Source: a virus (Duplodnaviria; Caudoviricetes). From it: a stretch of DNA of 52,844 nt. Positions 37,458 through 46,047 of the stretch are shown here, piece after piece. The notes under the pieces were generated by a model. It worked only from the letters and a program-made list of their open reading frames with translations, had not been told where the DNA came from and ran no database searches. Both the position numbers and the translations under genes were made by a program. The stretch's first letter is position 1, and each line of letters starts with the position of its first letter. The stretch covers positions 1 through 52,844 of IMG/VR virus record IMGVR_UViG_3300010371_000010, one strand, 5' to 3'.

Positions 37458-37670
37458 GTGAGCGCGAAGGGATTCCGCAAAGGCGTCGTCGCCCAGCTCA
37501 TCCGCGAGGCCATCGCCGGCGGACTGAAGCCCGGCGAGTTCGCTGTGGATATCAAGCCTGAGGGCGGCTATCGCATCTTGCCAGCGGTCCCGCTCGCTGC
37601 GGACGCTGACCCGCTCGATTCTGAGCTAGATGCATGGCGGGCATCCCATGGCGGTACGAATGGACATTAG
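37458..37670 (+). CDS. Small protein upstream of the integrase (Xis candidate)
   Basis: Position and size only. Confidence 0.45.
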   Translation: MSAKGFRKGVVAQLIREAIAGGLKPGEFAVDIKPEGGYRILPAVPLAADADPLDSELDAWRASHGGTNGH

Positions 37671-38709
37671 CTCCGTCTACCGTGTCCGGGCCAAGGGCCG
37701 AACCTACTACTACGCATGGAAGGGCAAGGGCGCGCCGCGGCTCTACGCCGAGCCCGGATCGCCCGAGTTCATCCGCGAGCTTGCCGAGGCGCTGGCATCC
37801 AAGAACATGCCGGACCCGAGGCGCTTCGCCTATCTCTGCGTCCTTTGGCGCCAGTCCGATCAGTGGGCCAAGCCTCCCGAGGAAGGCGGCCTAGCCTGGT
37901 CAACCCGGAAGGACTGGAGCCGCTGGCTTGACGAGATCCAGCGCCATTTCGGCGGCCTCAGCATCGCACAGTTCGAGCGCCCAGCCATCGTCAAGGAGAT
38001 CAACGCCTGGCGCAGCCAATGGGCCGACAAGCCCCGCACGGCCGACATGGCGAAGCAAGTGCTCTCCGCCCTGCTCTCCTTCGCCAAGCGCCGAGGCGAA
38101 CTGGCCCAGAACCTTTGCGAGGGCCTTGACAACTTCTATCGCTCCGACCGCTCGGAGATCATCTGGACCGACGCCGATCTCGAAAGAGCCGAACGCGTCG
38201 CTTCACCGGAGGTCATGCAGGCGTTGCGCCTGGCCTGCCTCACCGGCTTACGCCAGCGCGATCTCCTGCGGCTGAGCTGGTCACACATCTCCGCCCTGGC
38301 GATCGACCTGCCGACCGGCAAGAGTGGGGGCAAGCGCACGGCCACTGTCCCGATGTACGAGGAGCTGGCCGACTTCCTCGCCACCATCCCCAAGCGCGCC
38401 ACGACAGTCCTGACCAACACCCGCGGGCGGCCCTGGCAGTCCGGCTTTGGCGCGACCTGGACGAAGACGATGGAGGCCATGGGCGAGACGGTCCTGCACT
38501 TCCACGACGCCAGAGGCACGGCGGCGACCCGGTTCTATCTCGCCGGCTTCGCCCCGCGTGAGGTCGCCGAAATCCTCGGCTGGAAGGAAGACAAGGTCGA
38601 GCGGATCATCAACCGCTACGTCCGCCGAGATGCGCTGCTCAGAGACCGGATCAGGCGCCTGGACGAAGCCCGCGCCGAACGGTCCAAGAACCCGGCCGGA
38701 AAAACTTGA
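37648..38709 (+). CDS. int: Tyrosine integrase
   Basis: TGLRQRD (R), K, FHDARGT (HxxR), LGW, RY (Y); N-terminal arm-binding segment RTYYYAW. Confidence 0.94.
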   Translation: MAVRMDISSVYRVRAKGRTYYYAWKGKGAPRLYAEPGSPEFIRELAEALASKNMPDPRRFAYLCVLWRQSDQWAKPPEEGGLAWSTRKDWSRWLDEIQRHFGGLSIAQFERPAIVKEINAWRSQWADKPRTADMAKQVLSALLSFAKRRGELAQNLCEGLDNFYRSDRSEIIWTDADLERAERVASPEVMQALRLACLTGLRQRDLLRLSWSHISALAIDLPTGKSGGKRTATVPMYEELADFLATIPKRATTVLTNTRGRPWQSGFGATWTKTMEAMGETVLHFHDARGTAATRFYLAGFAPREVAEILGWKEDKVERIINRYVRRDALLRDRIRRLDEARAERSKNPAGKT

Positions 38710-38767
38710 GAAAAACCGGCCGAAAATGAGCACTCTCGAAAGCACCGGAATCCCTTGTGTGGTAAGG

Positions 38768-38816
38768 TGGCGCGCCCTGCAGGACTCGAACCTGCGACCC
38801 TCTGCTTAGAAGGCAG
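38768..38816 (-). other. attP: attP core = 3' half of tRNA-Arg(UCU)
   Basis: Reverse complement CTGC-CTTCTAA-GCAG-AGGGTC-GCAGGTTCGAGTCCTGC-AGGGCGCG-CCA; no 5' half; directly after int; GAAAAAC repeats at about 38699, 38710, 38848 and 38900 are arm-site candidates. Confidence 0.9.
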
Positions 38817-38872
38817 GCGACAATTCAATGAATACAGTTGCGGTCCAGAAAAACGGCTCCGGGTTCGGCCAA

Positions 38873-39409
38873 ATGGATTCAACGGCTTACGACGGCGGAG
38901 AAAAACCCGGCGTCTACTTCCTGTTCTGGAAACGACGGCTCGTCTACGTCGGCCGCAGCCGCGATCCGGCCAAGCGCATCCAGAAACACCGGATGAATGG
39001 TCGGGCCTTCGACTACGCCCTCACGGTGCCGTGCGAGGCAGGTGACGTGGACTGGATTGAGCGCGCATTGATCAGCGCTCTCAACCCGCCGCAGAACACG
39101 CTGGGTGTCACGTCCCCACGAGAGCTGCCGCCAGAGCCGCCGCAGGTCATGAACGTGATCTATCGAGCGCCGCCCGAGCCGCCGCCGCCAGATCCGCACG
39201 AGATCATCGGCCTTGAGGCGGCAAGGCGGCTGGCGCGGGATCGTGCGCTGCTGCCTGACTTCATGGCCGCGCGGGAAAGCGGAGAGCTTCAGTTCTTCCC
39301 CAAGAACCCCGCCTTCACAGGCCCCGGATCGCGCCAGGTCATGCTCCTCGCCGATCTGCGCGAGTGGATGGAACGGCGACTTCGTGCCCGCATCGGACAC
39401 CGGAAATGA
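38873..39409 (+). CDS. GIY-YIG nuclease-domain protein with a C-terminal Xis-like segment
   Basis: GVYFL.....VYVGRS....RI..H; start could alternatively be 38828. Confidence 0.72.
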   Translation: MDSTAYDGGEKPGVYFLFWKRRLVYVGRSRDPAKRIQKHRMNGRAFDYALTVPCEAGDVDWIERALISALNPPQNTLGVTSPRELPPEPPQVMNVIYRAPPEPPPPDPHEIIGLEAARRLARDRALLPDFMAARESGELQFFPKNPAFTGPGSRQVMLLADLREWMERRLRARIGHRK

Positions 39410-39483
39410 GCGCCAAGGAACGGAAGGCTTCGGAAACGGGCGACGGCACACCTACGGCACAATTCGTTCGGGAGGGGTTCTAG

Positions 39484-39900
39484 ATGACCGACTGGTTTGA
39501 AACCAAGTGCTGGAAATGCGGTGAGCCCTACTGCATGACCAAGGAGACGGAGCGTGTGCTTCGTCGGTCGCGCGGGACCTTCTACTGCCCCTTCGGCCAT
39601 GGCGCGGTGTTCGCCGAGGGTCCGTCCGAGGCCGACAAGCTGCGCCAGGAGCGCGACCGGCTCATGCAGAACGCCGCCTACATGGAAGACCTCATCCGGC
39701 GTGAGCGCGACCTTCGGAAAGCCACGGAGCGCCAGGCGAGCGCGTTCAAAGGCGTCGCCACGCGGATCAAGAACCGGGTCCAGCGCGGCGTCTGTCCCTG
39801 CTGCAACCGGACCTTCGCCGACCTTCAGCGGCACATGGCCACGAAGCACGCGGGCTATATCGCCGAGCCCGTTGTTCCAGAGGGCGCGACGGTTCAATGA
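39484..39900 (+). CDS. Zn-finger / coiled-coil protein
   Basis: CWKC..CPFGH..CPCC..HMATKH. Confidence 0.7.
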   Translation: MTDWFETKCWKCGEPYCMTKETERVLRRSRGTFYCPFGHGAVFAEGPSEADKLRQERDRLMQNAAYMEDLIRRERDLRKATERQASAFKGVATRIKNRVQRGVCPCCNRTFADLQRHMATKHAGYIAEPVVPEGATVQ

Positions 39901-40983
39901 TCGACTTCGAAAACCTTCAGCCCCTTCCCCTGCGGCCCCAGAAGGATGCGCGGGACCGCGAACGGCTGGCCGAGGCCGCACACCGGAAGAAGTGCGCCAA
40001 GCACAAGGGCCGGAACCACTGGCGCAATTGGGAGCGGCGGCAGATGGCGCTTGCCAAGATCGCCGAGGGGAAGGCCAAGACCGCTAAGTGGCTGGCGGAT
40101 CGGCGTCGCCATGTCGATCAGGTCCGGGCGTTTTGGGAGGGGCTTCGCGCCGATCACCCATGAGCGCGCTCCGCGTCGTGAGAGCATTGGGCTACATCAT
40201 CGATCCGCCGATGCTTGAGCCTGTCCGACGGCTCCGAAAGCACCTAGACCACTGCGCCGTCTATGAGATCGTAGACCGTGGCCTCATGCCCTGGCTCCCG
40301 CGGTTGACGTGGCGGCATGTGTTCGGGCTGCGACGCCTGCCGGATGTAGAAGCAGCGTACCGTTCAAGGGACTTAGCCGCCCGAGGCATCACATGACCAC
40401 GGTAGAATCGGGGTGGCGCAAACTGGACGAGTTGCCTGCCGAGGGCGAAACCGTCGATGGCTTGCTGTCCACGGGCCGGATCGCAGATGCCGAATATTGG
40501 GAGGGGCCTCCGGGTAAGGAGCTGGAGTGGGGCGGCTGGGCCTGGGAAGGAGACCTAGCGACTCTAGGCGACCATTCCGAACTTGTCGCGTGGCGTCCTA
40601 AGCCTACAAACCCTCCCGAGGTATAGGATGAGCGAGCGAGAAGACGTGTATGACAGGCTGGAAGCGATGGGGGCGAGCGCCGATCCTGCCGAACGCACAG
40701 TCGCCACCCTATGGAAGGACGTGACCGGCCGCCGCGGCTGGCGGCAAGAGGCCGATACCTTCGCTGACGAGATCAAGCACGAGATTCTAGACACTTGGCT
40801 CAGCATCATCAGGCAATGACCCGTCCCCCCAACGAACTCCCCATGGGGGTAACCCCAGGCCATGGACAGAGGTATAGTGCTGGGCTGGGTGGGTATGCTT
40901 GGGACAACCGGGAGGGTGAAATGCAGAAGCCGGGAGCGAACCCCCGGCTCTGCGTCCGCAAGCCTAAGCCGGCGGAGGGGTGA
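39897..40983 (+). CDS. Five small hypothetical ORFs (39897-40163, 40160-40396, 40393-40626, 40628-40819, 40816-40983)
   Basis: Mostly ATGA overlaps. Confidence 0.5.
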
Positions 40984-41183
40984 TGCTGCGGGCCGGAGTC
41001 CCGATTCTCCACCGGCTCTTGTCGCGAGCCCGTCATTGCTTCGGGGCGCATCCGCGGGGGATTAGGTGCGCGACTGTGCGATTTTGTTGATCGTCTGATC
41101 TACACCACCGCAGCACCAAACACACTATCGGAATCCGCCCCCTGGGTCTATATTCAACACATGCCCCGAGAGGCTGCCTCCGG

Positions 41184-41633
41184 ATGACCATAGCTCTAAT
41201 ATTGGCGGCTGCATTAGCGACGCTCCCGCCACCATCGCCAGTTGCGAGAGCATTTGCGGATGGCCTTCGGCTTCATCCAGAGCGCTGGACGATGTCCGAT
41301 GATAATTCGAGCGACACGAACGTCTATCTCAAGAAGCCGTGGCCTGACACATGGATCAACGCCGATGGGAAGCCAGACTGCGCCCTTGGTCAAGTTGAGA
41401 GTCACAATGCATGGCCCATTGATTGCTCGACGGCGCAAGCCGTGGCGGACTCTCGCTATGTGACACCTTTCTATCGCACATGGGTCGCCACTCATCCTCG
41501 CGACATGGCGGCCGTACAGAGACGTGCGGCCGAGCGGGCGCGGCGCGACGCCATTGAGGATGCTGAACGGCTGAAAAAGGAGGCCGCCAGGCCGGACCTC
41601 GCCTCTCGACTTCGAGAGCAATTTGCGCCCTGA
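41184..41633 (+). CDS. Putative exported protein (moron)
   Basis: MTIALILAAALA signal-like N-terminus; Cys pair; preceded by its own intergenic region. Confidence 0.6.
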   Translation: MTIALILAAALATLPPPSPVARAFADGLRLHPERWTMSDDNSSDTNVYLKKPWPDTWINADGKPDCALGQVESHNAWPIDCSTAQAVADSRYVTPFYRTWVATHPRDMAAVQRRAAERARRDAIEDAERLKKEAARPDLASRLREQFAP

Positions 41634-41637
41634 ACGC

Positions 41638-41669
41638 AAAAAAGCCCGACCGCATCTCTGCAGCCGGGC
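41638..41669 (-). terminator. Intrinsic terminator ending the late/lysis operon
   Basis: GCCCGGCTGCA-GAGA-TGCGGTCGGGC-TTTTTT on the minus strand. Confidence 0.85.
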
Positions 41670-41711
41670 CCAAGTCTAGGGAGGAGCGCCATAACCCCGG
41701 CGCGGGGGGAG

Positions 41712-42170
41712 TCAGGGGATCTTGCACTCCAGCGGCCCGATCCGGTTCCGATAGACCGCCGTCCAGTCCGCCAGCATCTCGGCTTGGGCTTGGGCGAGGG
41801 TGATCGCGCCAGAGCAGACAAGACGCTTTTCGAGGGTTTCGGTTCGGTCCTTCGCGTGGGCACCGCACGGCCCCTTCCACGGCTGCGGCCAGAGGTTCTG
41901 AGGGCTTGTCGGATCGCCGCCCAACTCGAGCGGCAAAAAGTGGTCCTCTTCCCAGGCACGCGGACTGCCTGATAGCCCTCGCTCCGCCATCTGATGGCTC
42001 TTGAGCTTTCGGGTGTAGGACACTGGAGGCCGGACGGTAGAGGTCCAACCATCCTTGCATATCGTGTCGGCGATGTTGTCCTGGGTGACGGCGGGATTGC
42101 GGACGCCCGGCGTCAAGGATGGATCGGGGAGCGGCGAGGCCAGCGCGGCGGCGATGAGGAGCGCGATCAC
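41712..42170 (-). CDS. Secreted HNH-like protein
   Basis: Signal MIALLIAAALA; EEDHFLPLELGG....NLWPQP; four Cys; GTGA-coupled to the o-spanin gene. Confidence 0.65.
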   Translation of the reverse strand: MIALLIAAALASPLPDPSLTPGVRNPAVTQDNIADTICKDGWTSTVRPPVSYTRKLKSHQMAERGLSGSPRAWEEDHFLPLELGGDPTSPQNLWPQPWKGPCGAHAKDRTETLEKRLVCSGAITLAQAQAEMLADWTAVYRNRIGPLECKIP

Positions 42171-42478
42171 TTCGGAGCCCCGGCGCACCCTGACAGCGCC
42201 GCCTTCTGCTCATCGATGACGTTCATCCTCTGGAGCCTTCCGATGAGGAGGAGCTTCACGGCGGCGAGGATATCAGGAGCGGCGTGGAGGGTTTCGGGAT
42301 TGTCGGCATAGACCGGCTCGGGAGGGATCGCGACGGTGCAGTTGACGGGCACGGGCAGGGTTACTGTCTTGACCACCACCTTGGGCTCGGGCGTCGGAGT
42401 CGTGGCGCAGGCTGCTAGTGTAAAGCAGATCGCGATTCCGCTTACACATCGACCGATCGTGTTAAGTCGAGCTTTCAT
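42167..42478 (-). CDS. Outer-membrane spanin (Rz1-like lipoprotein)
   Basis: Lipobox LAAC, Pro-rich, C-terminal ALSGC. Confidence 0.8.
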   Translation of the reverse strand: MKARLNTIGRCVSGIAICFTLAACATTPTPEPKVVVKTVTLPVPVNCTVAIPPEPVYADNPETLHAAPDILAAVKLLLIGRLQRMNVIDEQKAALSGCAGAPK

Positions 42479-42502
42479 TTTGCCCTCATTGGCTCGGCGC
42501 GA

Positions 42503-42531
42503 TTGAGTTCAGTGAGTCGGCACGTTAGTAT
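42503..42531 (+). promoter_or_regulatory. Sigma70-type promoter for leaderless tnpB
   Basis: TTGAGT-N17-TAGTAT with the GTG start 7 nt downstream. Confidence 0.65.
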
Positions 42532-42537
42532 TCCCCG

Positions 42538-43614
42538 GTGTCGGTAATCACCTTCAAGTACCGTCTCAAGGACGCCAGAACCGCCGCTAAGCTCGCGGAA
42601 TATGCGGTGCGATGTAACCAAGTTTGGAACTTCTGCGTTGAGACCCAACGGCGCGCAGAGGCGCGATATCGCGCCGGACTTGCGTCTAGGTGGCCGTCTG
42701 CTTTTGACTTGGCGAAGCTCACTACCGGGAGTTCGGTGCTGCTTGGGCTGCACTCGGACACGGTGAACGCCATTTGCCGACAATTTGTCAGGGCGCGAGA
42801 TCAGCGCAGTCGCTGTCCTAGGTTCCGTGTGAGCTTTGGAGCGCGCCGGTCGCTCGGGTGGCTGCCCTTCATCCCCAGGGCCGTGCAGATCAGTGGCGAT
42901 GAGATCACATATCTCAAGCGCCGCTTCCGTTTCTGGAAGTCCCGCGAAATCGAAGGCGATTTTAGGTGTGGAGTGTTCGTAGAGGACGCGCGCGGACGCT
43001 GGTATGTCGCGTTTCAATGCGAAGTCGCTGACGACTTGCCCCTCGGTAATGGGGCGGTTGGAATCGACCTTGGTTTGAAAAATTTCGCGGCATTGAGCAG
43101 TGGGGAAAAGATTCCCGCGTTCAGGCTCTTTCACCGGCACCATGCGGCGCTCCGCATCGCTCAGCGAGCTAATAAGAAGCGCCGAGTCCGCGCGATCCAC
43201 GCGAAGATCGCTAATGCTCGGCGCCATCACCTCCACGAGCGATCTGCGAAGATCGCCCGCGAAAATCAGCTTATCGTCATCGGTGACGTAAGTTCGTCCA
43301 AACTCGCAAAGACCCGGATGGCAAAGTCCGTCCAAGATGCCGGTTGGGCGACCTTCCGAACTCAGCTCCAATATAAGGCCAGAAGGCGCGGAGCTATATT
43401 CGTGATCGCCGACGAACGATGGACTTCCCGAACGTGTTCGGCTTGCGGGGCCGTTCCCGCAAGCGCCCCTAAAGGTATGGATGCGCTCGGAATGAGATTC
43501 TGGGTCTGCGAGGACTGTGGTGCGTCTCATGATCGGGACGTGAATGCAGCTCGCAACATCCTCAGGATCGGGCTGGAGTGCCAGCCTCCCGCAGGGGGAA
43601 TTTCCGTCCACTGA
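42538..43614 (+). CDS. tnpB: TnpB RNA-guided endonuclease (rearranged RuvC-II type)
   Basis: FKYRLK, GIDLG (RuvC-I D), IVIGDV, DERWTSRTCSAC..CEDC, DRDVNAARNI (RuvC-III D). Confidence 0.95.
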   Translation: MSVITFKYRLKDARTAAKLAEYAVRCNQVWNFCVETQRRAEARYRAGLASRWPSAFDLAKLTTGSSVLLGLHSDTVNAICRQFVRARDQRSRCPRFRVSFGARRSLGWLPFIPRAVQISGDEITYLKRRFRFWKSREIEGDFRCGVFVEDARGRWYVAFQCEVADDLPLGNGAVGIDLGLKNFAALSSGEKIPAFRLFHRHHAALRIAQRANKKRRVRAIHAKIANARRHHLHERSAKIARENQLIVIGDVSSSKLAKTRMAKSVQDAGWATFRTQLQYKARRRGAIFVIADERWTSRTCSACGAVPASAPKGMDALGMRFWVCEDCGASHDRDVNAARNILRIGLECQPPAGGISVH

Positions 43615-43628
43615 GGGCGGAGAAGGCA

Positions 43629-44060
43629 TTAATGCGGCACCGCATGGATCACCGCCAGGGCATCCGAACACAGGTCCGGCCCCATCGGCTTGATGTTCTG
43701 GATGGCGGTGATCTCCTGGTTACGGCCCTGAGCCCGTTTTTCCGCCGCCAGGACGGCCGCTGAGGCTGCTTGGCTCCTGCGCTGGCCCTCGGCTGCCAAA
43801 GCCTGCACAGCGGCCTCCTGAGCGGCCATGGCGCGGCTCTGGGCGGCTTCGTTGGCCCGGCACTGCTTCAGCGATGCGGCGGCGATCTGCCCCCTCGCAT
43901 AGAGGCTGTCGCCCGGCCAGTTCATGGACCAAAGCAGCACATGCCAGTGAAGCAGCGGCGGCGCCCCGAGGGGCCGGCGATCCAGCCACCAGACGGCAGG
44001 CCCGGCGAGGATGATCGCGGCGGCCACCAACGTTCCGAGAAGTCCGAGAAGGGCTTTCAT
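43629..44060 (-). CDS. Inner-membrane spanin (Rz-like)
   Basis: N-terminal TM, Ala/Gln coiled coil, C-terminal Cys. Confidence 0.75.
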   Translation of the reverse strand: MKALLGLLGTLVAAAIILAGPAVWWLDRRPLGAPPLLHWHVLLWSMNWPGDSLYARGQIAAASLKQCRANEAAQSRAMAAQEAAVQALAAEGQRRSQAASAAVLAAEKRAQGRNQEITAIQNIKPMGPDLCSDALAVIHAVPH

Positions 44061-44188
44061 CAGTCTCGCTCCCCGGTCATCCGGCGCGTCTGCTTGAGCT
44101 GGTAGTTCATCACAGCCTTGCCGATGAAAAGAACAGCGAAGGCCAGGACGACCAAGGCGACGACGACGACAAAGCCCGTGGGGCTCAT
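44060..44188 (-). CDS. Small TM protein (42 aa)
   Basis: MSPTGFVVVVALVVLAF...; SD AAGG; TGATG coupling. Confidence 0.55.
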   Translation of the reverse strand: MSPTGFVVVVALVVLAFAVLFIGKAVMNYQLKQTRRMTGERD

Positions 44189-44259
44189 GGCGGTTTTCCT
44201 TCGATGAGGGCTGCGGCCCCGCGCCGGGGGGAGGAACAGCGCGGGGCCGCTCGGCCGGG

Positions 44260-44598
44260 CTAACCGCCGTTGCCGGCCGGAGGGGGAGCCACAGGCGCGG
44301 GCTGGGCTTCCAGGGCGCGCGTAGCAGCTTCAAGGGTGGTCGCCACGGCCTGGACGGCATGATCCGCCACGTTGGACGCCAGAGGGCCGCCCAGCGGGCC
44401 GAGCGTGGCCGTCAGGTAGGCGTTCGCCGCCATCTCCACGGTGGCCTTGAAGCCTTCGATGCTGGTCTCGACGGCTTCAGCGGCTTGCGGGGTGAGCGGC
44501 TGGCCGATCCGGCGCTTCACGTAAGCGATGGTGTAGCGCGCCCAGTCGCTGATCTGGCCGTGCTCGATCATGTTGAGGGATTGGGATAGGAAAGACAT
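44260..44598 (-). CDS. Lysis-cassette hypothetical protein
   Basis: SD GGAG; amphipathic and Ala-rich. Confidence 0.6.
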   Translation of the reverse strand: MSFLSQSLNMIEHGQISDWARYTIAYVKRRIGQPLTPQAAEAVETSIEGFKATVEMAANAYLTATLGPLGGPLASNVADHAVQAVATTLEAATRALEAQPAPVAPPPAGNGG

Positions 44599-44655
44599 TG
44601 GCGGTCTCCGGTGGTTTGCCCTGTGCGGGCGGGATTTGCCGCAGGACGCGGCGGA

Positions 44656-44793
44656 CTAGCGGCGGCGCGGCCATTCCCGGCTGGTGGCCTTGACGATCAG
44701 CAGGCCAGCGCCAGCGCCAAGGGCGATGAGAAAGGCCAGCGCGCCGAACGTGGCGAACACCGGCTGCGCGATCTCCAGGATGCGTTCGAGCAC
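44656..44793 (-). CDS. Small TM protein (45 aa)
   Basis: GTG start, one TM, basic tail. Confidence 0.45.
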   Translation of the reverse strand: MLERILEIAQPVFATFGALAFLIALGAGAGLLIVKATSREWPRRR

Positions 44794-44797
44794 GGCG

Positions 44798-45025
44798 CTA
44801 CTGCGGAGGATCGGCCGCGGGCGGCTTGGTGGTGGTGTTGGTGAAGCGATGGACCCCGCCGACCGTCAGAGCGCCCGAGAGCGCACCAAGGGCGAAGGTC
44901 ACCAGCTCCTTGTTTTCCGCCGGCACGGCATGGAACACGAGCAAGCCCGCCAGCGTGCCGATGATGAGCATCGCCAGCGTCGCCATGACGGTCTGCGAGC
45001 TCGGGATCAGGGGGGCGAGGTTCAA
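44798..45025 (-). CDS. Holin candidate (2 TM)
   Basis: Two TMs separated by VPAENKE; downstream of the endolysin. Confidence 0.65.
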   Translation of the reverse strand: MNLAPLIPSSQTVMATLAMLIIGTLAGLLVFHAVPAENKELVTFALGALSGALTVGGVHRFTNTTTKPPAADPPQ

Positions 45026-45120
45026 TGTAGCGTTTCCCTTCGCTTGGGCATGTTCTGATCGAGCCAGAACAGGGCCTGGACGGTGAGCAGGAGGAGGAGC
45101 AGGGCGAGGGCGCGGATCAT
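45022..45120 (-). CDS. Tiny TM peptide (32 aa)
   Basis: MIRALALLLLLLTVQALFW; overlaps both neighbours by 4 nt. Confidence 0.45.
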   Translation of the reverse strand: MIRALALLLLLLTVQALFWLDQNMPKRRETLH

Positions 45121-45575
45121 GGCCGCTCGCCGGTCAGGATCATGTGGGCGATGCGTTGGGCGCGCTGGCCGACTTCCTTGGCCCATGCGCTGGCGAGAAG
45201 GCCGTCGTGCGCTTCCTGCCACTGGTGCAATTGGATCGCTGCCAGGGTATGATGGAAGGTCCCCAGGCCGTGCTTTCCGTCTCGGGAGAGCCAGCCCATG
45301 TTGAAGCAGAGGTTCGCCATCGCGTCCTGACGGACAGGGTCCAGGAACCGCCACCAGTGGGCGTATCTGTCGAGCAAGTCGCAGGCGTGGGCGGCGTCTT
45401 GTTCCAGCGAGGTTTCCGCCTCCTCTGGCGTCCAGACGGTCGAGGGGTGAACGTCCGAACCTGTGTGACCATAGCCGATAGTCCAGGGCTCCCCACCCGA
45501 CAGCGGATCGGGATAGGCGCGCAGCCGCAAACCCTCGTCGCGGCGCAGGTCCGCGAGCAGCAAATCGCTGGTCAT
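45117..45575 (-). CDS. Endolysin, T4-lysozyme/GH24 family
   Basis: DEGLRLRAYPD...WTIGYGH...FNMG...SAWAKEVGQRA.RI. Confidence 0.93.
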   Translation of the reverse strand: MTSDLLLADLRRDEGLRLRAYPDPLSGGEPWTIGYGHTGSDVHPSTVWTPEEAETSLEQDAAHACDLLDRYAHWWRFLDPVRQDAMANLCFNMGWLSRDGKHGLGTFHHTLAAIQLHQWQEAHDGLLASAWAKEVGQRAQRIAHMILTGERP

Positions 45576-45624
45576 TTAGAAGTCCCGACTTGAGGATACC
45601 GGCTCGCCCCCGAGCCGAAGGGGG

Positions 45625-46047
45625 TCAGCTCAAGCTAGTGAGCGCGTGAACGAAGGCGACAAGGGGAGGCCCGAACAGCTTGACGATGATCGGAAGGCCC
45701 TGAGCGCCACCGACGATGGCCGCGACGCCGACTGCAGCTTGCCAGGGACGGATCGAGGCCAGGGATCGGTGAGGCTGCGGGTCTGTTCCCGAGGCGACCT
45801 GATCGGTCGTTGGAACCCCTGCCCGCTTGGCCAGGCCGTCCAGAACCCGCTTCATCAGCGCCTGGTCGGCCTTGATGACTTGCACATCGGTCTGCGTCGC
45901 GTCCAGACAGCGATGGTGATCGTTGGCCGCGCGGGCCAAGCTCTGAAGACTCGCGCCCTTGATCGAGACCGGCCGCGTCTTCACGGGCGGGTCCTTCTCG
46001 ATAGGCTCGAAGCTGCGCTGCTCTTGCGGCGCGTGTTGCATCGCCAT
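45625..46047 (-). CDS. Membrane-anchored protein upstream of the endolysin (holin/antiholin-like)
   Basis: Coiled coil plus C-terminal hydrophobic segments. Confidence 0.5.
   Translation of the reverse strand: MAMQHAPQEQRSFEPIEKDPPVKTRPVSIKGASLQSLARAANDHHRCLDATQTDVQVIKADQALMKRVLDGLAKRAGVPTTDQVASGTDPQPHRSLASIRPWQAAVGVAAIVGGAQGLPIIVKLFGPPLVAFVHALTSLS

Larger units (their letters stand above)
42490..43632 (+). mobile_element. Non-autonomous tnpB-only IS200/IS605-superfamily element
   Basis: No tnpA; right-end hairpin TTTCCGTCC-ACTGA-GGGCGGAGA followed by GGCATTAA; left boundary inferred. Confidence 0.65.

Noticed and set aside
38768-38816. Functional tRNA gene
   Set aside because: Only the anticodon arm to CCA is present; there is no D-arm or 5' acceptor strand.
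42538-43614. Nuclease-dead TnpB (TldR-type repressor)
   Set aside because: The missing canonical RuvC-II Glu is matched by the alternative Glu in DERWTS, and both Asp residues are intact.
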